Below are positions 28,996 through 39,262 of a stretch of 52,129 nt of DNA, piece by piece (position 1 is the stretch's first letter; the number at the start of each line of letters is the position of its first letter). The translations under genes and the position numbers were made by a program. The DNA is from an uncultured Thiotrichaceae bacterium (GTDB lineage Bacteria; Pseudomonadota; Gammaproteobacteria; SZUA-229), in assembly GCA_964522445.1 (NCBI GenBank), contig CAZFUY010000005.1, forward strand, positions 1 through 52,129, written 5' to 3'. Under the pieces are notes generated by a model. The model was not told the DNA's origin, did no database searches, and saw only the letters and a list, made by a program, of their open reading frames with translations.

Positions 28996-30192
28996 ATGGC
29001 CACTAAAAAGCTAAATATACTTTATCACCATCGCACTCAGGGGCGTGGTGCCGAGGGTGTACACATTACAAGCATTGTAAATGCATTTGAAGCCATGGGT
29101 CATAATGTTAAAGTTCTTTCTCCTCCAGGTATTAATCCATTAGAAAGTGCAGGAAATGCACCTGTAGATAAGTCTAATGTAAGAACAAGCGGTGTTAATT
29201 CTTTATGGAAATTTATAAGTAAAAATTTACCAAATTTTATATTTGAGTTTGCAGAAATTGCTTATAATGTTCCTGCAATGAGAAGTCTTGAAAAAGAACT
29301 CTCTTCTAATAAATATGATCTTATCTATGAGCGTTATGCTTTCTATTTGGTGTCTGGTTCAATAAAAGCAAAAAAATATAATATTCCATTTGTTTTAGAA
29401 GCAAATGAAGTAAATGGAATAAAAGACAGGGCAAGAACTCAATCATTTAAATGGTTATGTAATATATTTGAGAAGTTTATCTTTAAACGGTGTAAAGCTA
29501 TTCATACGGTTTCATCATATTTAAAGACGATGATAATTAATCAGGGAGTTGATGATTCATCAGTTTATGTATCACCAAATGCAATTGATCCATTAAAATT
29601 TACTGGATCAAAAGATACTGGAAAACTTATTAGTAAATATAAGTTAGAGAACAAAACCATTATTGGCTTTGCAGGTTGGTTTGATAATTGGGATAGACTT
29701 GACTTACTTGTTGATGTTTTTTCAAAGCTTAAGAAGAATCATTCAGATTTGATTCTCTTACTAATAGGTGATGGAGAAGTTCTTGAAACAGTTAGAATAA
29801 AATTAAAAGCTTATAATTTGACAAACGATGCTATTTTAACAGGAGCTGTTGACAGGCATGAGGTACATAACTATTTATCAATGTTAGATATAGCTGTTAT
29901 TACGCATTCAAATGAATTTGGTTCGCCTGTTGTCATGTTTGAATTTATGGGGCTTATGATACCAATAGTTGCTCCTAAATTATTGCCTATTACTGATGTT
30001 CTCTCTGATAATAAAAATGCTCTTCTTTTTGATGTGCTTGATATGAATGCTTTAGAGACGCAGATTAAAAAGTTATTAGAGGATAGTAAACTAGCTAAAA
30101 CACTTGCGGATTCAGCATATAATAAATTGATGTTGGAGCATACATGGGATTCAAACGCAAAAAAGATTATTGAATCAGGTATTAAATATTAA
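28996..30192 (+). CDS. Glycosyltransferase family 4
   Basis: YERY, VLEAN, PNAID, GFAG, SPVVMFEFM, HTW. Confidence 0.88.
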   Translation: MATKKLNILYHHRTQGRGAEGVHITSIVNAFEAMGHNVKVLSPPGINPLESAGNAPVDKSNVRTSGVNSLWKFISKNLPNFIFEFAEIAYNVPAMRSLEKELSSNKYDLIYERYAFYLVSGSIKAKKYNIPFVLEANEVNGIKDRARTQSFKWLCNIFEKFIFKRCKAIHTVSSYLKTMIINQGVDDSSVYVSPNAIDPLKFTGSKDTGKLISKYKLENKTIIGFAGWFDNWDRLDLLVDVFSKLKKNHSDLILLLIGDGEVLETVRIKLKAYNLTNDAILTGAVDRHEVHNYLSMLDIAVITHSNEFGSPVVMFEFMGLMIPIVAPKLLPITDVLSDNKNALLFDVLDMNALETQIKKLLEDSKLAKTLADSAYNKLMLEHTWDSNAKKIIESGIKY

Positions 30193-30194
30193 GA

Positions 30195-30806
30195 ATGAAA
30201 GATATATTAAAAAATATAGTTTACTTTATTTTTCAAAACCACCTTATTCGTTTTGGTAATAAGGCTTCTATATACCTTACCTTTGATGATGGACCGCATA
30301 AAGAAAATACACCTATGATTCTAGATATATTAGATAAAAAAGGAGTAAAGGCTACATTTTTTATGACGGGTGTTGAAATGGAAAAGCATATAGATATCGT
30401 TAAAGACATCGCTGCCAGAGGGCATCAATTAGGCTATCATTCATATACGCATATGAGTATGAAACACTTAAAATTAAATGATTTTATAATTGAAATGAAA
30501 AAAGTTGATGCTATATGCAAAGAGATAAATTGCAATATAAGATTATTTAGGCCTCCCTATGGTGATTTAAGTTTTTTATGTGTTATCTGGTTGATTTTTA
30601 ATGACTGGAAAATTGTAATGTGGTCATTAGATAGTAGAGATTCTTTTGATGATAAACATCAGGTATTAAGGAATGTTAGTCCTGAAAGGTTGAGGCCCGG
30701 AGAGATATTGTTATTTCATGATGATTATATTTTGACTATAGAAATACTCCCGGAAATTCTTTCTAGATTAAATGATAGTCATTTATCCTGTGCCAAACTA
30801 ACTTAG
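30195..30806 (+). CDS. Polysaccharide deacetylase (NodB-type CE4)
   Basis: YLTFDDGP, ATFF, GYHSYTH, FRPPYG, LLFHD. Confidence 0.92.
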   Translation: MKDILKNIVYFIFQNHLIRFGNKASIYLTFDDGPHKENTPMILDILDKKGVKATFFMTGVEMEKHIDIVKDIAARGHQLGYHSYTHMSMKHLKLNDFIIEMKKVDAICKEINCNIRLFRPPYGDLSFLCVIWLIFNDWKIVMWSLDSRDSFDDKHQVLRNVSPERLRPGEILLFHDDYILTIEILPEILSRLNDSHLSCAKLT

Positions 30807-30844
30807 TATAACCTTTGAATATATGAGTCTAAAAATATAGTTAC

Positions 30845-32281
30845 ATGAACTTTATAAGTCTACAATACTTTGTATTTTTTATATTTGTATTTTCTGCATA
30901 TTGGCATCTCTCAAGAAAAAATCAGAATATATTTCTTTTATTATCAAGCTGGTTTTTTTATGCGAACTGGGATTGGCGATTTTTAAGCCTGATTCTAATT
31001 TCTACTATTATAGATTATGTAAGCGGGAAAAAAATATATGATAATAATAGCTTAAAAATAAAACGACTATGGCTTACCATAAGCTTAGTAACTAATTTAT
31101 CTATTTTAGCATATTTCAAATATGCGAACTTTTTTATTGATAGTTTTATAAGTTTTACAAATAATTTGGGGTTTTCTGTAGCTCCAACTACTTTAAATGT
31201 GATATTACCTGTTGGTATTTCATTTTATACCTTTCAAAGTCTTAGTTATAGTCTTGATATATATCGGAATAAATTAAAACCATCAAATTCCTTAATAAAT
31301 TTTGCAACATTTGTTGCTTTCTTTCCACAACTTGTAGCTGGTCCTATTGTTAGAGCAAAAGAATTTTTGTATCAACTTGAGGTAGATAGGCAGTTTTCAG
31401 GTTCTGATTTTGAAAGTGGAATTATTCGATTCTTAAAAGGTTTCTTTAAAAAAGCGTTCATAGCTGATGGAATTGCTATTTATCTGGTTGATCCAGTATT
31501 TAGCAATCCAGAAAGTTACTCATCTGGAATGTTATGGCTAGCAATGTTTGGTTATGCGGTACAAATATATGCAGATTTCTCTGGGTATTCTGATATGGCA
31601 ATTGGTTCTGCAAGAATGCTAGGCTTTAAGTTACCAGAGAATTTTAACTTCCCTTATCTGGCAACAAGTTTTTCAGATTTCTGGCAGCGTTGGCATATGA
31701 CCATGTCTCGATTTTTTAGAGACTATGTTTATATTGCGCTGGGAGGAAACAGGGTTGGCCCTGTTCGTCATATAGCAAACTTATCAGTGACGACTTTAAT
31801 TAGTGGTTTGTGGCATGGTGCCGGATGGAATTTTGTGCTTTGGGGGGGGCTACATGGTGTCTATATTGCAATTAATCATATTATGTCAGCTACACTTAAA
31901 AAGAATAAACCTGTGGCTTGTTTGATATTAAGACTTACCCTTATACCTCGCTGGTTAAGTGTACAATTATTTGTTTGTTTTGCGTGGGTTTTATTTAGAT
32001 CGTCTAGTCTTTCTGATGCAATGCTTTATCTGGAAAGAATGTTCTTATTTGAACCTGGAGAGCAAATCATATTAAATGCAACTATTTATCTATGTTTTAC
32101 TGCTTTTTTTATTGATCATTTATATGGCTGGATTAAAGAGCATCATGTTCATATTTATGAATATTTTGATTCCGCAACGCTGGGTATACAGTTTAAAGCC
32201 ACAATATATACCTGTATGGTGCTCTTTTTGTTTTATTTTATTCCTGAGGGTGCTGCACCATTTATTTATTTTCAATTCTAA
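30845..32281 (+). CDS. MBOAT O-acyltransferase (AlgI/PatA-like), copy 1
   Basis: LPVGISFYTFQ, FFPQLVAGPIVR, DFSGYSDMA, FWQRWH, GLWHGA. Confidence 0.93.
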   Translation: MNFISLQYFVFFIFVFSAYWHLSRKNQNIFLLLSSWFFYANWDWRFLSLILISTIIDYVSGKKIYDNNSLKIKRLWLTISLVTNLSILAYFKYANFFIDSFISFTNNLGFSVAPTTLNVILPVGISFYTFQSLSYSLDIYRNKLKPSNSLINFATFVAFFPQLVAGPIVRAKEFLYQLEVDRQFSGSDFESGIIRFLKGFFKKAFIADGIAIYLVDPVFSNPESYSSGMLWLAMFGYAVQIYADFSGYSDMAIGSARMLGFKLPENFNFPYLATSFSDFWQRWHMTMSRFFRDYVYIALGGNRVGPVRHIANLSVTTLISGLWHGAGWNFVLWGGLHGVYIAINHIMSATLKKNKPVACLILRLTLIPRWLSVQLFVCFAWVLFRSSSLSDAMLYLERMFLFEPGEQIILNATIYLCFTAFFIDHLYGWIKEHHVHIYEYFDSATLGIQFKATIYTCMVLFLFYFIPEGAAPFIYFQF

Positions 32282-32332
32282 TATAGAAGATAATAAATAT
32301 TTTTATATTTAAAGGAATCTTTCTGAAGACTA

Positions 32333-33523
32333 ATGAATTATAAAGAATCTCAACAACCTGTATGGAAGCAACTGTTTCAATTGCATAAGTTATCAAAAAA
32401 ATTATTTTATTTTTTAATTTTTATTTTTGCAATAGAGTTATTTTCTATATTTTTTATGCCGTATTTATTGTCATCTACAGATTATTTGAGTCTTTTTTTA
32501 AAAAAAGAAGCTAAAGAAGCTACTGTTCGTTTTTTTAGAAATGAAAACTCAGTAATTCCAGATAAGATGCTAGGCTGGGTAAATAAGAAAAATTTTAAGC
32601 GAAAAAACTGGGTTATTGATGAGCATGGATCAAGAGCAACTCATGAGTTTACAGAAAAACCTTCTAAAAATATCAGGGCACTTTTTCTTGGTAGTTCAAT
32701 GATTAATGGATCATCCCATGTGACTAATAATGAGACCATATCAGCTTACCTGGAAAATAATAATATTGAATCTTTGAATTTTGCAACAATGCTTTATACA
32801 TTAGATCAGGTTTTTTTAATGTATAAGGAGTATTTAACTAAATATAATTCAAATATAATTATTGTTGGAATAGATAATGACCCTGTCTCAGGTTTAAAAA
32901 ATATTTATATTCCATTTATATCTCCTGAAGAGATAAATATGCCATATATGAAACCAAGATATAAACTTGTTGGTGATAAGCTGGAGTTAATAAAATTTAA
33001 TCTAGATGATTTTAAGATGATTTTAAATGATGATAGTATAGTTGAAGGGCTAAAAGATAAAGATGGTTTTTATTATGTTTTTGATTTATATAAACATTTT
33101 GGTATTACACCAATAGCATCAGGCTTTCTATATATCTATAAAAAAATTAGTAATCTTGAAAAATATCTAAAAGAAGATCTGACAGATAATGCTTTATTAT
33201 TTTCAATAATGGATAAGATGGTAAGAGAGGCAGAAGAAAATAATGCTCATGTTATTTTTATAACATTGGCTGATAGTGTGATTTATGATAAAGATAATAT
33301 TCGTAATCGTTTAACTGATTACTATGCGATACGGAAGGATCTTATGCTGAAAAAAGATTATAATATACTAGATTCAAGGGAGCTATTTAGAAATAGTGGT
33401 TATGATATCGATGATTTGTATGCAGATGATGGTGTTCATTTAACTAAAAAGTCAAATAAACTAATTGCTGAAAAGCTTAAATCAATAATTCATAAATTAA
33501 TAGAAAAAAATATTATTAATTAA
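32333..33523 (+). CDS. Membrane-anchored SGNH-fold protein (AlgJ/PatB-like partner), copy 1
   Basis: One N-terminal TM, D..LGW, FLGSSM (block I), DDGVH (DxxH); directly after the MBOAT. Confidence 0.72.
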   Translation: MNYKESQQPVWKQLFQLHKLSKKLFYFLIFIFAIELFSIFFMPYLLSSTDYLSLFLKKEAKEATVRFFRNENSVIPDKMLGWVNKKNFKRKNWVIDEHGSRATHEFTEKPSKNIRALFLGSSMINGSSHVTNNETISAYLENNNIESLNFATMLYTLDQVFLMYKEYLTKYNSNIIIVGIDNDPVSGLKNIYIPFISPEEINMPYMKPRYKLVGDKLELIKFNLDDFKMILNDDSIVEGLKDKDGFYYVFDLYKHFGITPIASGFLYIYKKISNLEKYLKEDLTDNALLFSIMDKMVREAEENNAHVIFITLADSVIYDKDNIRNRLTDYYAIRKDLMLKKDYNILDSRELFRNSGYDIDDLYADDGVHLTKKSNKLIAEKLKSIIHKLIEKNIIN

Positions 33524-33540
33524 AAATCAGGTAAATACAA

Positions 33541-35406
33541 ATGTGTGGTATTTCAGGAATATACAATTTTAAAGATAAGCATGTAGATAATACAATCTTA
33601 GAAAAGATGAAAGAAATTATTTTACATCGTGGTCCCGATGGATCTGGAATATATACTAGTAAAAATATTGGTATGGTTCATACAAGGCTTAGTATCCAGG
33701 ATTTATCTGAAGCAGCACATCAACCAATGTGGGATGATGATTCTCAATGTTGTATATCATATAATGGAGAAATTTATAATTTTCATTCTTTGCGTGATGA
33801 TTTAATTAATGAAGGTATTAAATTTAATTCTACTGGTGATACAGAAGTATTATTAAGGGCCTGTATTCATTATGGCGTAGAGGCCACATTACCAAAATTA
33901 AATGGAATGTTTGCATTTTCTTTTTGGAATGATAAAACCAGGGAATTATGGATTGGTCGTGATCGAATGGGGATCAAACCATTATATTATACCAATGTAA
34001 ATAATAGTTTATTGTTTGCATCAGAGATGAAAGCACTAACTCCTTTTATAAATAACTTAAAGCCAGACACATCTGTTCTGTTTGAGATATTAAATGGTGG
34101 TACAAGCTGGGAACCCTTCACACTTTTTTCTAATATTAATGCATTAAACCCAGGGCATTATATTCATTTAAGCCCGGATACAAAAGAAGTAGAACAAAAA
34201 GAATACTTTTCTATATTTAGTCTTGTTGATAAATCATTATATCAAGATTATTCAAAAGCCAGCCTCCAGGATATGACTGATATGTTTGGTCAAATCATGA
34301 ATGACAGCGTTAAAATACATGCAATATCTGATGCACCTGTAGCAACCTTAATAAGTGGAGGTATAGATTCATCATTAATTTCAACACTAACTAATAAATA
34401 TTGTAATGGTATTTCTTTATATCATGCAGATGTAGTTGGTGAAAATAGTGAAAAAAAATATGCAAAGCAGGTTGCAGACCATCTTAATCTGAAATTTGTC
34501 TATGCTGAAATGACTCAGAAGACATATGTTGACGATCTTGTTGAAACGACTTTTTCACATGAAACACCTTCAGCTTATCATCCTAATGATGTCCCTTTTC
34601 AGATTATCTCAAAGCGAGCACATGAAGATGGGATTAAAGTTCTATTAACAGGGGAAGGGGCTGATGAACTATTTATTGGATATGGTCATGCTTCAAAGCA
34701 AATATTAAGAAATAAAATTCAATATTCTTTAAGTCATCTCCCATTGTTTGGAAAAGTTAATACTTTAATTCAAAAAATATTTCCATATGGTTCAGGTAAA
34801 AGCATGATTGAGACTCTATCAACCCGTGGAGTTTCACAGAGCTGGGAAAATAGAGCAAAAAATACTTATGCTTTCATTAACGATGATGTGGAGAGGGCAG
34901 CACTAATACATAGCTCAGTATATCAGAAAGCGCATTTAAACTCTTTGTTGCAAAGAAATGATAGAATGGGCATGATGCATGCGCTTGAAAGCCGGATTCC
35001 ATTCTTAGAAAATGAAATGGTTAAATTTGCAGTTAATTTGCCATTGAAATTTAAGCACCCTGAATCATGGATCTCTATTGCACGAGGAAATCCACTTACT
35101 AGAAACAAAACGGTAGTTAGAGAATCTGCTCGTCAACTTCTTCCTGAAAATATTATTAAGCGTAAAAAGGTTGGTTTTCCAATAACCCCCGAAACCTATA
35201 TGCATTTAAAAGAAGATTTTTTCCGCGATGGTTTTATTGAAAACACACTTGAAATTAAACACTCAGAAATGAAAAATTTACTGTCAGATCTTTCATCTGA
35301 TATACGTTGGAATCTTTTTTCAACAGAGTTATTTGGTAAATTATTTTTTCTTGGAGAAGATCGTTCAAAATTGCGTGAAATAATTCAGAGTTATAGTATT
35401 AATTAA
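33541..35406 (+). CDS. asnB: Asparagine-synthase-like amidotransferase (copy 2)
   Basis: MCGISG, HRGPD, RLSIQD, YNGEIYN, SGGIDSS, GEGADELF, DRMGM..ALESRIPFL. Confidence 0.92.
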   Translation: MCGISGIYNFKDKHVDNTILEKMKEIILHRGPDGSGIYTSKNIGMVHTRLSIQDLSEAAHQPMWDDDSQCCISYNGEIYNFHSLRDDLINEGIKFNSTGDTEVLLRACIHYGVEATLPKLNGMFAFSFWNDKTRELWIGRDRMGIKPLYYTNVNNSLLFASEMKALTPFINNLKPDTSVLFEILNGGTSWEPFTLFSNINALNPGHYIHLSPDTKEVEQKEYFSIFSLVDKSLYQDYSKASLQDMTDMFGQIMNDSVKIHAISDAPVATLISGGIDSSLISTLTNKYCNGISLYHADVVGENSEKKYAKQVADHLNLKFVYAEMTQKTYVDDLVETTFSHETPSAYHPNDVPFQIISKRAHEDGIKVLLTGEGADELFIGYGHASKQILRNKIQYSLSHLPLFGKVNTLIQKIFPYGSGKSMIETLSTRGVSQSWENRAKNTYAFINDDVERAALIHSSVYQKAHLNSLLQRNDRMGMMHALESRIPFLENEMVKFAVNLPLKFKHPESWISIARGNPLTRNKTVVRESARQLLPENIIKRKKVGFPITPETYMHLKEDFFRDGFIENTLEIKHSEMKNLLSDLSSDIRWNLFSTELFGKLFFLGEDRSKLREIIQSYSIN

Positions 35407-35414
35407 CTTAGTCT

Positions 35415-36491
35415 ATGAATAATTATGATAACCCAGTTGTTGCTTTAATTTCTGAATATCCACCGCCTGCAGCAGGAATGACTGTTCTTGCTGAAGAGTT
35501 TTATTCGCGGTTAAAGAATGAGGGCTATCCGATTGTAAGAATAAGAACTAATCCAAAGCTCGGTATATTTTCATGGGTTAATAGAATTCGTGTATTTAGA
35601 TCAATTTTTAACTGGTTTATATTTGTTGTTAACTGCAGAAATATTTTAAAAGTTGATGTTATTCATATTTTTAGTTCCTCAGGCTTAAATTTCCTGTTAT
35701 TCACAATCCCTCCTGTCCTTATTTCACAATTAACAGGTAAAAGTATTGTAATAAACTATCATGGAGGAGGAGCGAAAGATTTCTTTTCTAGACATCCCAG
35801 GTTATTAAAATTTGTAATGAAAAGAATTGATAAGTTGGTTGTTCCTTCGGCTTACCTGGAGTCTGTATTTAATGAATTTGGTTTTAATTCGGATGTAATA
35901 CCGAATATCGCTAATGTTGAGCGCTTCTCTTTTAGAAAAAGAGATAAAATTAATCCCGTTGTTATTTCTATAAGAAATTTAACACCAGTGTATAATATTC
36001 AATGTGCGGTACGTGCTTTTTCTATTTTACAAAATAAATATCCCGAGGCTATTTTATATATAGCTGGTGATGGAATAGAAAGAAAGAATATTGAAAATCT
36101 TATTATTGAGTTAAATCTAAATAATGTTGAACTACTTGGGAATATATCTAATGAAGATATTCCGGCCTACTTTGACAGAGCAGACATTTTTATAAATACC
36201 TCAAATGTTGATAATATGCCTGGTTCTATTTTAGAAGCATTTGCATCAGGCTTGCCTGTTATTTCCACAAATGTTGGCGGCATACCTTATATGGTGGAAC
36301 ATGGTGACTCCGGTTTATTAGCTGAAGCAAATGACCATGATATGTTGGGTCAGTATCTTATTCATGTAGTTGAAAATCCGGCAGAATCTTTAGCAATGAC
36401 CGAAAAAGCCTCTCAGTACATTGATAAATTGAGCTGGTTAAATATAAAAGATAGCTGGTTAGATTTATATAAAAACCTTAATAGAAACTGA
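35415..36491 (+). CDS. Glycosyltransferase family 4
   Basis: YPPPAAG, NYHGG, DNMPGSILEAFASGLPVISTNVGG. Confidence 0.92.
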   Translation: MNNYDNPVVALISEYPPPAAGMTVLAEEFYSRLKNEGYPIVRIRTNPKLGIFSWVNRIRVFRSIFNWFIFVVNCRNILKVDVIHIFSSSGLNFLLFTIPPVLISQLTGKSIVINYHGGGAKDFFSRHPRLLKFVMKRIDKLVVPSAYLESVFNEFGFNSDVIPNIANVERFSFRKRDKINPVVISIRNLTPVYNIQCAVRAFSILQNKYPEAILYIAGDGIERKNIENLIIELNLNNVELLGNISNEDIPAYFDRADIFINTSNVDNMPGSILEAFASGLPVISTNVGGIPYMVEHGDSGLLAEANDHDMLGQYLIHVVENPAESLAMTEKASQYIDKLSWLNIKDSWLDLYKNLNRN

Positions 36492-36515
36492 TCTGTTAGC
36501 ATTTTATTTCTTATA

Positions 36516-37865
36516 CTAGAAATGCTCTTTGCTTATATTAGAAACAATAAATCGTCTTTTCCCTGATTCGGGGACTTCAATAGAATCTACAAGTGTAGTT
36601 TTTACGTTCGCTACGCCATCAACCATTGATTCTGTTGCTTTTCTTACATGGATTTCAAATTCATCTGAGTAATCTTCATCAGGAACCATGACTATTTCTA
36701 TTTCGTCTGGCTTATCCTGTCTTATCTGATAGGCTTTAATTCCTCTCATATCACTAAATAATGTTGCAAAATTAGGAGGGGTGAGAATTCGATCTTTTAA
36801 TGTAATAACATCAGCTATTCGTCCTTGAACGCTACGTATTTTGGGTAAACTCATTCCGCATTCACATTGGCCTTCTTCTTCAAGAATACCTAGATCTCCA
36901 ATTTCATAGCGTATAAATGGGAATGCATGATTTGATAAATCAGTTAAAAGTATTTTTCCTAATTCTCCAGGTTGACAGCGGCTACCATCAGGCTTTACTA
37001 CTTCAGCAAGAATTATTTCAGCATGTACATGGTAGCCATTGTGTTGAGAGCATTCAGAACCTATATACATTTCACGGCTTCCATATTGATCATAAACCTT
37101 GTTTTTTCCGAATACACGATTTATTGTTTCTCGTTGCTTAGGCCATAACATTTCTGAGCTAGTCATAATTGCCTGAATAAATGAGAAGTTAGTATCTGGG
37201 TGGTGTTCTTCAATAAATTCAGCAAAGATATTTAAACCGCTGGCATAACCCCAGATACTTGTGGGTTTGTAGGATAATAGGTCCTGATAATAATTTTCCA
37301 GAATTTCATCTGTCATAAAAGCAACAGAGAAATCTTTAAAGCGTTGTAAAAAATATACAAGTTTATACTGTAGACTTTGTGTAGTGTTATAATCAAAGTG
37401 AGATCCTGACATTTGTACTGTCTTTTCTCCGAATTTTGTATTACCCCACTCAGCGCTTCTATAAACACTTGCTCTATTCCAGTCCATACCTCGCTTATCC
37501 CAATAATAATACATTGGCTCACCTGTTGAGCCTCCAGTGCGATTTTCTTCAAATCTATTATCAGGTATATTTGTACATTTTATTTCTTTCTGATTTTTTC
37601 TAATATCATCTTTAGTAAGTATTGGTAATTCAGTGACTTCATCAAGAGAAGCGAAGGGAATATTAATATTAGATAGTCTGTCTTTATAGTAGGGAGAATT
37701 TTCTCTGGCCTGTTTTACTAATTGATTTAGGCGTTCTAACTGCCATTTTTTTATTTCATCAACTGACCATTTTTGAGATTTTCTAAGAAAATGTAATCTC
37801 TTAATGGTCTTTCTTCCTCTTAATATATCAAGGCTTCTAAAAAAAACATCCTGGTATAAATTCAT
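36516..37865 (-). CDS. Phenylacetate-CoA ligase family (CapK-like) adenylating enzyme
   Basis: LPILTK, TGGSTGEP, YGSRE, TDLSN.AFPFIRYEIGD, SGKRRF. Confidence 0.88.
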   Translation of the reverse strand: MNLYQDVFFRSLDILRGRKTIKRLHFLRKSQKWSVDEIKKWQLERLNQLVKQARENSPYYKDRLSNINIPFASLDEVTELPILTKDDIRKNQKEIKCTNIPDNRFEENRTGGSTGEPMYYYWDKRGMDWNRASVYRSAEWGNTKFGEKTVQMSGSHFDYNTTQSLQYKLVYFLQRFKDFSVAFMTDEILENYYQDLLSYKPTSIWGYASGLNIFAEFIEEHHPDTNFSFIQAIMTSSEMLWPKQRETINRVFGKNKVYDQYGSREMYIGSECSQHNGYHVHAEIILAEVVKPDGSRCQPGELGKILLTDLSNHAFPFIRYEIGDLGILEEEGQCECGMSLPKIRSVQGRIADVITLKDRILTPPNFATLFSDMRGIKAYQIRQDKPDEIEIVMVPDEDYSDEFEIHVRKATESMVDGVANVKTTLVDSIEVPESGKRRFIVSNISKEHF

Positions 37866-37881
37866 ATTAACTCTTATTGGT

Positions 37882-38997
37882 TTATAGCTTTCTGGAAATG
37901 TCTCTAAACTTTAATCGATAACGATTTTCTATATATTTATAAGTAAAACTTGAAGTATATATTACAAGTAATATCATACCAATATTAACCATTAAACCAG
38001 GGAATTCCCCAATTACAATGTAATCGTTTCCATCAATCGGTGTAAATTTATATTTAAAAATATATTCAAAAACATTACTGCATAGATCTAGAATGAGAGC
38101 ATGTAACATGTAAATTGAATATGAGTATTTGCCTATTATTTGAAATGGCTTTAGGTGTAATAACTGACTGATGTACCCTGTGTGTTGTACAGAAAAAACT
38201 AAAACCACAATAGTAAATGAAAACAATGTTACCATTTGTAATGTTAAGTTCTGGGAAGCATTTGTTGCGGCAAAAATAAGAAAAGCTATTGCAAGTGCTT
38301 CAAAAATAGTATTTCCTCGTTTAATACAAAATTTTCCGCTTTTAAATAAGTAATATACGGTAATACCAGAAAAGAATCCGCCAATACATCTAAAAATACC
38401 TAAATCATAAACTATATTTAAATCTGATCGTGTGGTTGTCTTCAACAAATAATAATAGGATAAAAGGGCTATAAGAGGAGCAAGATAAGGCCTAAATTTT
38501 TTAACGCTTGGCATTAAGCAGAATGCGGCAAAAACAATATAAGTATAAAATTCTACGCTTATGCTCCAGCTGGGGTCATTCCAGGATGGTTCTGTTAGAA
38601 AGCCCATTGAATGCAATAGTAATAAATTAAGAATAAAACTTTCAAGATTATTTACATCAGTGGGATCATGACCAAGTCCAGTTTTGGCATAGACTATGTA
38701 TTTTGCTAAAATATATCCTAGCCATGCAAGTAATATAGCCAGATGTAAAGGGTAGATTCGTCCAAATCTTAATACAATGTAGGGGATTATCTCACTAAGT
38801 TTGTTGAGACGGTCATCATAAACATAAATCATTACAAAACCGGATAAGACAAAAAAGAAATCAACAAATAAGAAACTATTGCCAATAAAGGTATTGTGGG
38901 TAATAGATGAGTATATTTGGGAGTGGAATAACACAACCAGTACAGCAGCGATCCCTCTGAATGCCTCTAGAGATTCAAGCTTGACTTTCCCGGCCAT
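37882..38997 (-). CDS. Acyltransferase family 3 (OafA-like) membrane O-acyltransferase
   Basis: LEAFRGIAA..VVLFH, VDFFFVLSGF, RFGRIYP, WSISVEFY, GKYSYSIYMLH, YIE; start set at ATG 38997 (GAGGA RBS). Confidence 0.9.
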   Translation of the reverse strand: MAGKVKLESLEAFRGIAAVLVVLFHSQIYSSITHNTFIGNSFLFVDFFFVLSGFVMIYVYDDRLNKLSEIIPYIVLRFGRIYPLHLAILLAWLGYILAKYIVYAKTGLGHDPTDVNNLESFILNLLLLHSMGFLTEPSWNDPSWSISVEFYTYIVFAAFCLMPSVKKFRPYLAPLIALLSYYYLLKTTTRSDLNIVYDLGIFRCIGGFFSGITVYYLFKSGKFCIKRGNTIFEALAIAFLIFAATNASQNLTLQMVTLFSFTIVVLVFSVQHTGYISQLLHLKPFQIIGKYSYSIYMLHALILDLCSNVFEYIFKYKFTPIDGNDYIVIGEFPGLMVNIGMILLVIYTSSFTYKYIENRYRLKFRDISRKL

Positions 38998-39211
38998 GAC
39001 AGTCCTCATTCAAAAAATAGTAAAAACCATGCTATAAGTATAAAGTAGTTTCATGTGGTTCATGAGAAACGAAGCCTAATTGTATGTTTTTTAGCAAAAA
39101 CAGTCTAGCTTCTATAAATTTATATTAGAATTAAATAAGGTGATAATAAATCCAGGGATGCTCTGATCAAGTATGCTTAGAATTTATACGCTTTCTTATG
39201 TTTCATGCTAT

Positions 39212-39220
39212 TGATATAAT
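39212..39220 (+). promoter_or_regulatory. extended -10 promoter for the SGNH-MBOAT pair 2
   Basis: TGaTATAAT in the divergent intergenic region 39010-39262. Confidence 0.4.
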
Positions 39221-39262
39221 TTATAAAAATAAAATGCAAAATAAGCACTATATGTTGTATGT

